The notes below the pieces were generated by a model. It had not been told where the DNA came from. It was given only the letters and a program-made list of their open reading frames with translations, and did no database searches. The position numbers and the translations under genes are program-made. This document shows positions 23,291-34,622 of a stretch of DNA of 36,066 nt, piece by piece. Numbering within the stretch: the first letter of the stretch is position 1; the number at the start of each line of letters is the position of its first letter. Origin of the DNA: Ginkgo biloba (taxonomy: Eukaryota > Plantae > Ginkgophyta); contig JANKJI020000004.1 in NCBI GenBank assembly GCA_024626585.2, forward strand, positions 167,013,270 through 167,049,335, given 5' to 3'.

Positions 23291-26050
23291 TAAATATATA
23301 TAATCATACTTCTCGCTATATACATACTATTCCACCATCTACAGCCAAAAGTGGGCACACTATCAGGGTGCCACCGTGATGCTCCTGCATCATCCTCTCT
23401 TGGTCATGGACCACTTCCTCTCTTTGGATCTAGATCTCAACTAAAGTCTTCTTCCATGAAATCGAGTGCCATAACCACATGCTTTAGCTGACTTGGTCTC
23501 CCTTTGCTTCATACCTTGGAAATTCTTCTTTTCTCTGACCTCTTATTGGTCGCTCTCTTCTTGTCGTTCTTCCACCCATTGGCAAATTCTCTACTTAGGC
23601 TTTCACTTGCCACTATTTCATATGGATTTTTTGCATTTTACCCATGTGCCCCTCATTTCTCCTAACATGGCTCTTCTCCAACATCCTTTGCCTAGTACCT
23701 ATCATTGGCTCTTTCCTAAGCATTTCCACTATTTATGCCATCAAGGCATAGCGTGTTCCTATCGGATACACACTCCTCATAAGATGACTCATTGCCTAAG
23801 ATGCTTCCCCCTTATTATCAATCACCTTTTCCTTCCCTTTACTCGGTTGGTGCTCATCTTATCTCATGTCAGCTATCGACTTCTCTTTTGATTCAAATAA
23901 TACTTTCTATGCCAACAATCCTCTTGCCATGTTGACCTCCTTGGGTTTTGACTCTTCTGTCACATATCAGGGTAAATTTGCACGGCCTTCTCATGTCTGT
24001 TGTCGATCATCATTCCTCTTAGGGTATTCAATGGACATGTGACCTTCCTTGCCACATGCAAAATATCTAAGCGATCTTCTCTCATGTGGTGCTCTGTCCA
24101 ACCTCCTCTTATGGATGAATCCTTCTTAGCTTCTAGTTTGATCAACATTAGATTCTCCACGCGGTTGGGTAGCCCTATCGGAACCAAAATTTCAAAAATA
24201 CTCACACCTTCTATTATTTTCATCCCTTCGATTATTTCCATCTTCCCATGGTTGTTCATCTCTTCTCTATCACCAAAANNNNNNNNNNNNNNNNNNNNNN
24301 NNNNNNNNNNNNNNNNNNNNNNNNNNNNNNNNNNNNNNNNNNNNNNNNNNNNNNNNNNNNNNNNNNNNNNNNNNNNNNNNNNNNNNNNNNNNNNNNNNNN
24401 NNNNNNNNNNNNNNNNNNNNNNNNNNNNNNNNNNNNNNNNNNNNNNNNNNNNNNNNNNNNNNNNNNNNNNNNNNNNNNNNNNNNNNNNNNNNNNNNNNNN
24501 NNNNNNNNNNNNNNNNNNNNNNNNNNNNNNNNNNNNNNNNNNNNNNNNNNNNNNNNNNNNNNNNNNNNNNNNNNNNNNNNNNNNNNNNNNNNNNNNNNNN
24601 NNNNNNNNNNNNNNNNNNNNNNNNNNNNNNNNNNNNNNNNNNNNNNNNNNNNNNNNNNNNNNNNNNNNNNNNNNNNNNNNNNNNNNNNNNNNNNNNNNNN
24701 NNNNNNNNNNNNNNNNNNNNNNNNNNNNNNNNNNNNNNNNNNNNNNNNNNNNNNNNNNNNNNNNNNNNNNNNNNNNNNNNNNNNNNNNNNNNNNNNNNNN
24801 NNNNNNNNNNNNNNNNNNNNNNNNNNNNNNNNNNNNNNNNNNNNNNNNNNNNNNNNNNNNNNNNNNNNNNNNNNNNNNCTCTTGTTATTCGCTCTCTTCT
24901 TGTCAGTCTGTCGCCCATTAGTGATTTCTCCACTTGGGATTTCACTCGCCACTATTTCATATGAATTTTTGGGATTCTACCCCTATGCCCCTCATTTCTC
25001 CTGACATGTCTCTTCTCCAACATTCTTTTCTTATTCCCTGTCGTTGGCTCTTTCTTGAGATTTTCTACTACTCCTGCCATAAAGGCATAACATGTCCTCA
25101 TTGGATGCATACTCCTCATAGGCTGACTTATTGCCTAAGATGTTCCCCCCTTATCATCAATCACCTTTTCCTTCCCTTTACTCGATCGGTGCTCATCTTG
25201 GCTCACATCAGTTGTTGACTTCTCTTCTGATGCCAATAACACTTTTTATGCTAACAATCCTCTTGCCATGCCGACCTCCTTGGGTTTTGACTCTTCTATC
25301 ATATATCAGGCTAAATTTGCATCGCCTTCTCATGTATGTTGTTAATCATAATTCCTCTTAGGGTATTCAAATGACATATGACCTTCCTTGCCACATGTAA
25401 AACATCTAGGAAATATTCTCTCATATGGTTCTCTGTCCAACCTCCTCTCATGGATGAATCCTTCTTGGCTTCTAGTGTGATCAACATTAGATTCTCCACA
25501 TGGTCGGGTAGCCCTGTCAAAAACAAAATTTCAAAAATTCTCATGCCTTCTATTATTTTCATCCCTCTAGTTATTTCCATCTTCCTATGGTTGGTCATCT
25601 CTTCTCTATTGCCAAAATGATATCGATGCACTTCTAATGAAGGGTCTTTTTCTTGCATGTTGAGATAATTTTTCNNNNNNNNNNNNNNNNNNNNNNNNNN
25701 NNNNNNNNNNNNNNNNNNNNNNNNNNNNNNNNNNNNNNNNNNNNNNNNNNNNNNNNNNNNNNNNNNNNNNNNNNNNNNNNNNNNNNNNNNNNNNNNNNNN
25801 NNNNNNTTATGAATGGACAATCTATAAAATTCATCAATGTACTCGGGTATATTCTTTTCCCTTTGCCTTAAATTTTGAAATTCTTTAAATAGTCTTTGGT
25901 TGTAGTTTGACTATAAGAATTTTCCCTTAAATTTCTCGACCATCCTCTGCCATGATTGCATTTTCTCCTTGTATCTCTAGACTCTATCTTTCTGTAGATG
26001 TTCCTACCAAATTGCAGCATGTCCCTTCAATCTTGTGTAGGTGAACCTTA
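23291..26050 (-). mobile_element. CRM-like Gypsy non-autonomous (TR-GAG-like) element: gag, duplicated zinc-knuckle block, PPT and LTR start; no RT/RH/INT seen
   Basis: 25810-26050 reads RFTYTRLKGHAAIW..SWQRMVEKFKGKFL..LFKEFQNLRQ..EYIDEFYRLSI (Retrotrans_gag). Knuckles CFTCGKEGHMSFEYP (25361-25404) and YFACGKEGHMSIEYP (24022-24065). PPT-like gatggtggaatag then TG at ~23324. Confidence 0.8.
23540..25616. repeat. Direct duplication of a ~740-bp block (23540-24278 vs 24880-25616) separated by an N gap
   Basis: Colinear alignment by eye with scattered transitions. Confidence 0.9.
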
Positions 26051-26245
26051 NNNNNNNNNNNNNNNNNNNNNNNNNNNNNNNNNNNNNNNNNNNNNNNNNN
26101 NNNNNNNNNNNNNNNNNNNNNNNNNNNNNNNNNNNNNNNNNNNNNNNNNNNNNNNNNNNNNNNNNNNNNNNNNNNNNNNNNNNNNNNNNNNNNNNNNNNN
26201 NNNNNNNNNNNNNNNNNNNNNNNNNNNNNNNNNNNNNNNNNNNNN

Positions 26246-26296
26246 TAAATATATATGTATGTATGTATATATGTATGTATGTATGTATATAAATGT
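26246..26296. repeat. (TATG)n/(TA)n microsatellite
   Basis: atatatgtatgtatgtatatatgtatgtatgtatgtatata. Confidence 0.95.
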
Positions 26297-27700
26297 GATG
26301 TAGGAGGGGTTGACGACAAATTCTCTTGGCGCTATGCGCTAACCTCCACCCGTGTCGCCACATGATCTGCCTTCTAGGATCTCTGCAAATGGACTCACTG
26401 ACATAGTCGGTGCACTCCCAACAATGAGCCTTTAGTCTGTCCTGTCAGCGATGATTTCATGGACAACTCATAGGAAGTTCAAAACACAAAATAAAATTAT
26501 TATTTTCACCATAGAAAATAAAATGATTAATACACCAGTGAATAGTAGANNNNNNNNNNNNNNNNNNNNNNNNNNNNNNNNNACTAAAAAAACCCTCTCG
26601 GGGAATAAAACTCTAAATGCATTAGTAATCAATAATTCTCTAATACCTTAGTCTCTAAGGCTCTTCCTTACTGTCAGAGGGCCAATACAAATAATGTCAC
26701 ACAAATTAACTCAATGGGCCATTGGCCCTATTCCTCTGAGTTGCCTCCCTCAGTGTTCTGCTCGATTTTCCTCTGTTAATGTGGCTCTGGCAGACTCTTC
26801 AAAGCCTGCACTTCATCAAACACTATATGAAATATCCTTCGTCCTCCTGAGTTGCATCCCTTGATGTTTTGCTCAATTTTTCTCTGTTAATGTGGCTTCA
26901 ACAAACTCTTCAATGCCTCCCTTTCATCAAACACTAGACAGAACCTCCTTCGTCCCCTTGAGTTGTTTCCCTTAGCATTCTGCTTAGTTTTCCTCTATCA
27001 ATATGGCTTTGGTGAACTCTTCAATGCCTCCACTTCATTAAACACTAGACATAATCATGCTGCCCACTCTTGAGCTGCCTCCCTCAACATTTTGTTCATT
27101 CTCTCAACCTCTGTTGGTTGCTATGTTGCCCCTTGGCTCATTCTCTCAACTCTCCTTTAACCAGTTAACCACTGTAAGGCTTCTAGTAGCCAACCCACTA
27201 GCAAACTCAACACTCCAAACAACCAACCAACTAGTGAACACCTTCTCCAACTACATCCTAGATTTTATTCTTGAGCTTCAACACTTCAAACGGATAGGGT
27301 TCAACGTTCATCTTTGATTCCAATGACTTTGTTAGGTGACCATTTACTGCTTTCAATGACTCTTGGCCCTTAATGCTATGCAATGGCCTTTTGCAACTTC
27401 TTCTAGTCTAGGTTCATTCTCCATAGTCGTCTAGTAGGTGAAAAGCTAATGGTGGCACTACCTGCAATAATCGCCTATGCATTTGTTAATAATGGTTCTC
27501 GAATATTGTGCCCAAAACTCTATTTCAATCCTTGTTGGGTCTATGTAGTTAGACTTGTGGAAAGGTGTAGGCATGACTTATAATNNNNNNNNNNNNNNNN
27601 NNNNNNNNNNNNNNNNNNNNNNNNNNNNNNNNNNNNNTATTGGGTCTATGGGGTTTATAAGCCTACCTTCCCATGTCTTGAGTGCCACCTCTGACCTTCC
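26297..27700 (-). mobile_element. Further copy of the long LTR-like repeat
   Basis: Begins tgatgtagg (cf. tgacgtagg at 20503). aaaccctctc..gaataaaactc and the following ~900 bp align to 20790-21600. 27637-27700 aligns to ~23100-23165. Confidence 0.65.
26737..27100. repeat. Tandem repeat, ~111-bp unit, ~3.3 copies
   Basis: Unit starts tgag(t/c)tg..tccc at 26737, 26848, 26959 and 27071. Each full unit carries ctcttcaa(a/t)gcct..cttcat(c/t)aaacacta. Confidence 0.9.
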
Positions 27701-27704
27701 AAGT

Positions 27705-30650
27705 GAATTAAAGGCATTGGGTGAATGAAAATAGAGAGAGATGGAAAGGGCATGAGAATGGGCTCATGCATATTTTTGTTAGAAGGGGAGGATGATGCAA
27801 GAGTATCTCTCATTTTGGCATCTTGGACAAGTGAGTTTGGTGGTAGTGATTTTAGTGAGCTGGCAGGTCATTTTAGATGAGTAGGTCAAAGATGGTTTGA
27901 TTTTGGACAAATGGGTTGAGGGCCATGGAAGAATTCCCTAAATAAAGTATTATATGGAGTGACAAAAGAGATGGTGAAAGGTACCCAACTAACGGGCATG
28001 AAAATATGAACGAGAATGCGAAATCGTTTTGGTGAACAAGATTGGGAAGACCAATGAGTGGCTAAAGAAGTCTAGTGAATAGCCTAAAGGAGGCCTAGTG
28101 AACGACCTAAATGTTCTATNNNNNNNNNNNNNNNNNNNNNNNNNNNNNNNNNNNNNNNNNNNNNNNNNNNNNNNNNNNNNNNNNNNNNNNNNNNNNNNNN
28201 NNNNNNNNNNNNNNNNNNNTTCATAGAGAAGGTACAGATCAACATCAGTCTTTGTGCGAAGGCACATAAGAGATCAAGTCAAGTTTTCTTATTCTTGGCT
28301 AAGTTACAAAGCACACTATTGAAGTACATGCATTTCCATGGTACCGTGGATCCGCACATCCTAGGAGCACATATTTATGTGGTATCCGATTGATATGCAC
28401 GCGTTTACATAGTATTGGAGAAAATTGATAGATAATAAGTTGTACATACTATACAAGTTGACTGGACAACCTTATTCCAAAATATAGAGAATACATAAGA
28501 AGGGGAAAGAGTATTAGCCCCTTGGATTTGATCAAATCATTTTTTTGCATATTGACATCAAATCCTCCAACACTAAGCGGGTACATCGGTAAGCCAATGA
28601 GGTCCAAAGAAAAATAAGACATATTTGAGAAGAATACAGGTCTGTAGGAAAAAGAAGAGAGATCAAGGAAAAGAAGAGGAGGTCCAAAGAGGGATGCAAT
28701 AATAGCAAGTTGAGAGGGAGAAGGCTTGTAGATAGCAACAAACAAGTAGCAGGGTTGTGTGGAGGCCAAGGAGAAAAGAGAAGAGAAGGTCTGAGTAGTG
28801 GACCATAGAAAAAGAGAAGAAGAGTTAGGGTCCAAGAGGTGACCTTGCAGGGATTTGAGAAGCTAAATCATGGAGAATATAAGAAGGGTGTAGACTGTCG
28901 ACCGTGAGGCAACACCAAGGAACAGAGAAGAAGATTGTGGAAGTGGCATGGATTCCAAGTTGTGAAGACTATGTAACTCTTCAAGAAGGGAGCACTGGTA
29001 TATTATAACTGAAAACCCAACAAGGTATGAATGTATGTATTTCTTTTTTTTTTTTTTTGGGCTAGATGTAATGAATTGGTTTAGATTTAATGAAACGAAG
29101 TTGTTTATGATTTATGGATAATGCTTGTTTGTGGTGTTGCATAAATGGCCTGCATGGTAGTGAATGTATGTGTTGTGAATGGTTTGAAGTTCCATGTGGA
29201 ATGGTTGTTAAAAAGTGGACAAATGGCCTAAGGGTGTGAGCGAGCAGTCTAAAGACCAGTGGGAAAGCGGTGAAGACCTGTGAGCAAGATGGCTAAGGAA
29301 GAAAAGATCCTGGTAGGGATGAAAAATTAAGGATTAGAGGAGTCAGTTACATCATCATGGTATCAAAGTTGAGGAAGGGTGCATTGGTGAAGAAAGTCTA
29401 ATACCATCATCATGGTATCAGAGCCTAGGGTGGCTCATAGAGAAATTATTAGAGAGTTGCACCATGGAAGGGTGTTGCAGAGCCATGGAAGTCTTTTGAA
29501 TGAATTGGTGGAAGTGTGCAGTTGGTGAGTAGATCCTAGAGTGGTTGTGGAAGAATTATTATAGAAGGGAAGAAAATTCATAAGACCATAGAGATGGTGA
29601 GGCTAGTAACTAGAGAGAGAGTGGTTGCAAGGATGAGAGAGTTGGAAGCCTTGAGACGCAAGGTAGAAGCATTGGAAGAAGAAGAGAGGAGGATTAGACA
29701 AGAGGAAAGGATACAAAGCATATTGAGGAAATTATGCACATGGATGGAAGTAAGAAGAGAGAAAGAAGTAGAGGAAAGAGTAGAGGAATTTGTGGAGAAG
29801 ACTCTGAAAGAGCCTAAAGAAAGGGTTTTAGCTATTGAGCAACAATTGAGGAGTGAGGAGGAGCTCATGAGGAGTGTGCAAGTGGTGAGAGCATATGATG
29901 CTCAAGTGACTTGGGATGTGACAAGAGAAGTTGAGGAGATTCTGGAAGAGCCCGTACAAGGGCAAGGTGAGTAGGCACAAGGTGAGGTGCCAAGCAAAGT
30001 GGAGGAGCAATATGAAGCTCTGTATGAGGAGAGGAGTGAGGGCCTACATAAGGGGCATGAAAAATAAGTTTCTTGTGAGTAATTAGAGGAAGTGCAGTGC
30101 AAAGAATTGGGTGAGGAACCCATGGTGTAAGAACCCCAGCTGAAACTAAAATTCATGGTTGGCATGATGGAAGTTGAAGTGAGCAGACCAAGGGTGGTTT
30201 GAGAATTGGGTGCACATGTTGAGGATGGCGTCATGGAGGATAATGATGATAATGTGGAGGATGTTGTAGCAGATGGTGATATTAGAGATGACTGTGAACA
30301 AGCCAATGGAGCTTAAAATAAAAAATATGAGGTGGTTCTTAAAGAGGTTGGTGAAGTGAGCAAAGAGTCTAAGGAAGGGGCAACAAATGACTAAGAGGGG
30401 GCCGATGAGAATGTGCATGACAAGTTAGAGGCATTGGTGGAGAATTGAGAACATATGCAGGTAGAAGTGGAACATCAAATGGAAAGAAGTCACAGGAAGT
30501 ATGTGGCAAAGTGGAAGGATAATATTGCCATGAGAAAGCATTGGGATCATGGAAGGCAAATTAAAGGCATTAGGTGAATGAAAATATAGAGAGATGGAGA
30601 AGGACATGAGTAGGGGCTCATGCATAATTTTTGTAAGAAGGGGAATGCTA
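27705..30650 (+). mobile_element. Non-autonomous LTR element in tandem arrangement: end of internal region + PPT, LTR (27793-29357/29412), double PBS, ~1.25-kb internal region, PPT
   Basis: PPT agaaggggagga (27781-27792); LTR TGATG...CATCA; PBS TGGTATCAAAG (29358) and TGGTATCAGAGCC (29413). 27705-27790 is homologous to 30560-30645, which ends in PPT aagaagggga. Confidence 0.8.
29594..30650 (+). pseudogene. Decayed ORF: Glu/Arg-rich coiled coil, acidic linker, C-terminal chromodomain-like motif
   Basis: Open 29594-29974 (126 aa). The same frame continues, E/D-rich, through 8 in-frame stops to KLEALVEN*E..RKYVAKWKD (~30422-30520). After one frameshift it reads ESIGIMEGKLKALGE. Confidence 0.7.
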
Positions 30651-31729
30651 GTGACATAAATCCCCATTACATACTCGCTAACACGTGGTAGGAGAGAATT
30701 GTGCCAACAACTTTGATTTTTAAATTTAGTTTGACCCTTCAATTTAAAAGGAGGAAAAAAATGACCTCGATCCCTTCTACAATTAAGGGTCATGGTCGTA
30801 ATGTTGGGGTGGATTTGAGGTTAAAATTGGGAATGGAATTTAGGGTCAAAGTGGGTGGAAGGTGTCTTACAATGTTAAAATTTATGAGCTAGTCCAAGGG
30901 TCAAAATTTGGTAACGTTTCCTCTATTCTCCACCTTTATTACAAGCCTTGTATTGAGCACGATGATTTGGTTTGGCGAGTTACTAAAAAGATAAGTTAAT
31001 TTTTAAGGTGTGCAATTGTGAATTCTTAATCTCAACCATGAGTAAGGCNNNNNNNNNNNNNNNNNNNNNNNNNNNNNNNNNNNNNNNNNNNNNNNNNNNN
31101 NNNNNNNNNNNNNNNNNNNNNNNNNNNNNNNNNNNNNNNNNNNNNNNNATTCTCAACATACATTAGGGCATAGCTAGAACTAAGTGTCAAGAAAACTTTC
31201 TCCCTTTTAATTACGCAAAAGAACTTCCCACTATCGGGGTGATTACAAAAGCCATTGCTCCAACTCTAGCTTATCTTTTATGCAAAACTTTCCTCCAGAT
31301 ACAATAGGTTCCAACAACCCCCTTATTCTTTCAAAGTTATCATGTAAAGAAGAGCACCATCATCTAGTTCCATCTTATGGTCTCCATGAAAACCTAATAT
31401 GTTTTTAGCAACTTTCAACTTCATTTCTACCACTAATTCTATATCTTCTTCAAGAAGACTTTCCAAGGGCCATGAATCAATCTTGTTATAGAAAATAATA
31501 AGAGTATTTTTTATAAATATTGGTTTTATTCTATGAAATAAATTAGCCTATTGGGCAATACTATAACCACAATAACTAGATACATCCAAAAAGAATAAAA
31601 TCATTACTTTCAAATGGGAAAGGGAAGTAATGCTAAGCATTTTGATGGTATATGATCCAAAATACCAGGCGTATTAATGACCTGGTATCTTAAATACTTA
31701 TAATCAACGTGACTAATAAACAAATATTT

Positions 31730-32990
31730 AGTAGTGAAAGAATAGGGCTAAACATCCTGGGTAAGGAGAAAACATGGCCTTGATTCGTGCCATATTCTTT
31801 CATTCACACTTGTTCCCTACCTAGTGACATGACCTCCTTAATTTATTAAACATGTTCCCTAGTTAGGGTTGTTAAAGTCCTAACCTTTCCTCATGACGTG
31901 TCTTCCTGGTCCCTCCAAGACCTAAGTCTATGCTATCTCCTGATAGAAAATTAACTTCTTGATCTATCTAGGGGACGAGTCTACCCATCATGGAGTCCTT
32001 TCAAAGATATTAGGAATAATCTTCTTTATTTTACCTTTGGTGCATATGTTTATTTGTTGGAAACATCATGGGACCTTAAAGGGATGTGCACTCTCCTGGC
32101 CCCTTTAAATCTTCCTTATCAGCCAAGGACCATGTAAAGACACCAGGACCATCTCCTTCCTAGGTACCTTTTCCTCCCTTATCGACTAAGGGAGTGATTT
32201 CTTGCCTAGGGAATGAGAGTAGATGGGTCTTACCTTTGTTATGTAATGTCATGGGCCCTTTGAACCATCTTGATAACACAAGGGTTGTGAAAAGCTACCA
32301 AGAGAATCCTTCTTGGGTCTTTGCCCATCCTTGTTGAACATGATTTAAATCCTCTTTAGCCTCATCAGGGCCCCCCTTAAGGACTACACCCTCCTGGATC
32401 ACTTTGAGTCTCCTTGATTACACTAGGAATGCGAAAGGCTACTAGGATTGTAAAAACTATGCACCCTCTTGGGCACTTTGAGTCTTCCTAACCACACAAG
32501 GATCAAAAAGAGATACAAGGAGATGTGGGCCCCCCTATCCCTCCTGCATCCTCCTAGGCCTTTTAAATCTTCCCTAATGAGTAAAGGAGTGTCCTTCACC
32601 CAAGGAAAGGCACAACTTAATCTTCTCTTATTTTCCCACATTGTATGATATTTTTTTCCAGGTCTGTAGAGTTTACTTCCTCCCTTAGTTCCTTGCCTTC
32701 CTAGATTATTTTTCCTTCCTTATTCACTAAGGGAGCATTTTATTACCTAAGATATAAGAGTGGTTTGGTCTTGCCTTTATGAAACATCATCCTAGGTCCT
32801 TCGAGCCCTCCTAGTAGAAAAATGACTGCATAAGACTTCTAGGAGCAACTCCTTTTTTTCTTATTTAATATACATGCTTTAAAATAAACTTTAGTGACAT
32901 TGTGGACCCCTCAAGAGTAGGGTCTCCTATATAATTACACATCTTCCTTAAAACATGTATCTTTTTGGATTTTGGTCATTTCTTCCCTAT
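31730..32990. repeat. Internally repetitive non-coding TE-derived (probably LTR) sequence
   Basis: ~32177-32245 recurs at ~32717-32790, and ~32345-32480 recurs at ~34480-34620. Confidence 0.6.
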
Positions 32991-33952
32991 CTCNNNNNNN
33001 NNNNNNNNNNNNNNNNNNNNNNNNNNNNNNNNNNNNNNNNNNNNNNNNNNNNNNNNNNNNNNNNNNNNNNNNNNNNNNNNNNNNNNNNNNNNNNNNNNNN
33101 NNNNNNNNNNNNNNNNNNNNNNNNNNNNNNNNNNNNNNNNNNNNNNNNNNNNNNNNNNNNNNNNNNNNNNNNNNNNNNNNNNNNNNNNNNNNNNNNNNNN
33201 NNNNNNNNNNNNNNNNNNNNNNNNNNNNNNNNNNNNNNNNNNNNNNNNNNNNNNNNNNNNNNNNNNNNNNNNNNNNNNNNNNNNNNNNNNNNNNNNNNNN
33301 NNNNNNNNNNNNNNNNNNNNNNNNNNNNNNNNNNNNNNNNNNNNNNNNNNNNNNNNNNNNNNNNNNNNNNNNNNNNNNNNNNNNNNNNNNNNNNNNNNNN
33401 NNNNNNNNNNNNNNNNNNNNNNNNNNNNNNNNNNNNNNNNNNNNNNNNAGGAAGTTTTCTGGGTCAAGGGAGAGTTGAACATGACATGGCTACCTAGGAA
33501 GGCTTTAGAAAGATCATGGATATAGTGAAAATTCCAAGAAGAAATAAGGGCTTGTTGGATAAAAGAACACGAAGAAGATGGCAATTAAGTTTAACATACA
33601 ATGATGGGGCTGAGCAAAGTGCACTATGGATGATTATAGGCATTCCATAGTCTTTAGCACACTTTGGTGAAATTGAATCTTAATAAATAAAATACATGAG
33701 GTACCCTTTACTCAGGATTTAACAAATCCTCATGTTCTTACATATTCTTAGATTTAACATTTTATCTATTGCATTCTTTATTTGACCAACTTAGAAAGAG
33801 GTGTCAACAAGTGGCCTCCTTAGTTTGCATTACCCCTAGTGGGTTGTGCAAAATAAAAATAATTAGCCTATTACTTAAATAAGAAAATAACTTAAAAAAA
33901 ATTGAAATACACTATATACAATATTGACATAAGCTATTAGAGTTACAAATTG

Positions 33953-34470
33953 ATCTTGTTAAAGGCCTCCTTAACATATTTGAACTTCAGCCTCTTTCTA
34001 AGCCACTTATAAATTGGCAAGGTGACTCATGCAAAGTCAGGGATGAATCTCCTCAAGAAATTGATCTTTCTACAGAAATATTTCACTCCTTTTCTTCTTT
34101 GTGAAAAAGGGGGTTCCTTGATATCTTTCATCCTACCTGGATTAATATAAGTTGCATCTTCAGAGACTATATGGCCCAGTAATTTTCCCTCTGTCACCCA
34201 AGTACTAACTTCTTCGGGTTTAAGGAGATACCCCACTCTATGAACTTTTAGAAGACATGCTTTAGGTATGTCACATGGTCATGTTGGTATTTTGAAAGTA
34301 TGTTGAGATCATCCAAGTAGACCACCTCTATCTTTTCAACCAATTCTTTAAATTCAAAGTCCATAGCCTTGTGAAATGTGGCACCCATATTGATTAATCA
34401 AAATGTCATTCATTTGTGTGCAAAGGTACCCCAAAAGGTTGAGAAGGTAATTTTGTGTCTATCTCCTTAG
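33953..34470 (-). pseudogene. Ty3/Gypsy (Tat/Athila-type) reverse transcriptase fragment
   Basis: DRHKITFSTFWGTFAHK*MTF*LINMGATFHKAMDFEF..VVYLDDL..WGISLNPKK..VTEGKLLGHIVSE..KINFLRRFIPDFA. Confidence 0.95.
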
Positions 34471-34479
34471 CGCACGTTA

Positions 34480-34622
34480 TTTAAATCATCTTTATTTGCA
34501 TCATGGTCCCCCTTATGGACTACACCCTCCTGGATCACTTTGAGTCTCCTTGATTACACTAAGAATATGAAAGGCTACTAGGAATACAAAAATTATACAC
34601 CCTTCTAGGCACTTTAATTCTT
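34480..34622. repeat. Second copy of the 32345-32480 repeat
   Basis: Shares ggactacaccctcctggatcactttgagtctccttgattacacta exactly, plus flanking similarity. Confidence 0.9.

Noticed and set aside
23338-23385. Minus-strand GGTLIVCPLLAV resembling SNF2/RAD5 helicase motif Ia
   Set aside because: No other helicase motifs and a stop follows within a few codons. It lies in the PPT-proximal non-coding end of an LTR element, so it is likely chance.
23960-25820. Long ORF-track entries (e.g. 330 aa, 334 aa, 169 aa) and other X-filled ORFs across the window
   Set aside because: Their length comes from N gaps. The real parts are off-frame or antisense to the gag remnant.
29578-30418. Ser/Leu-rich minus-strand ORFs
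   Set aside because: Antisense shadows of the Glu-rich plus-strand frame.
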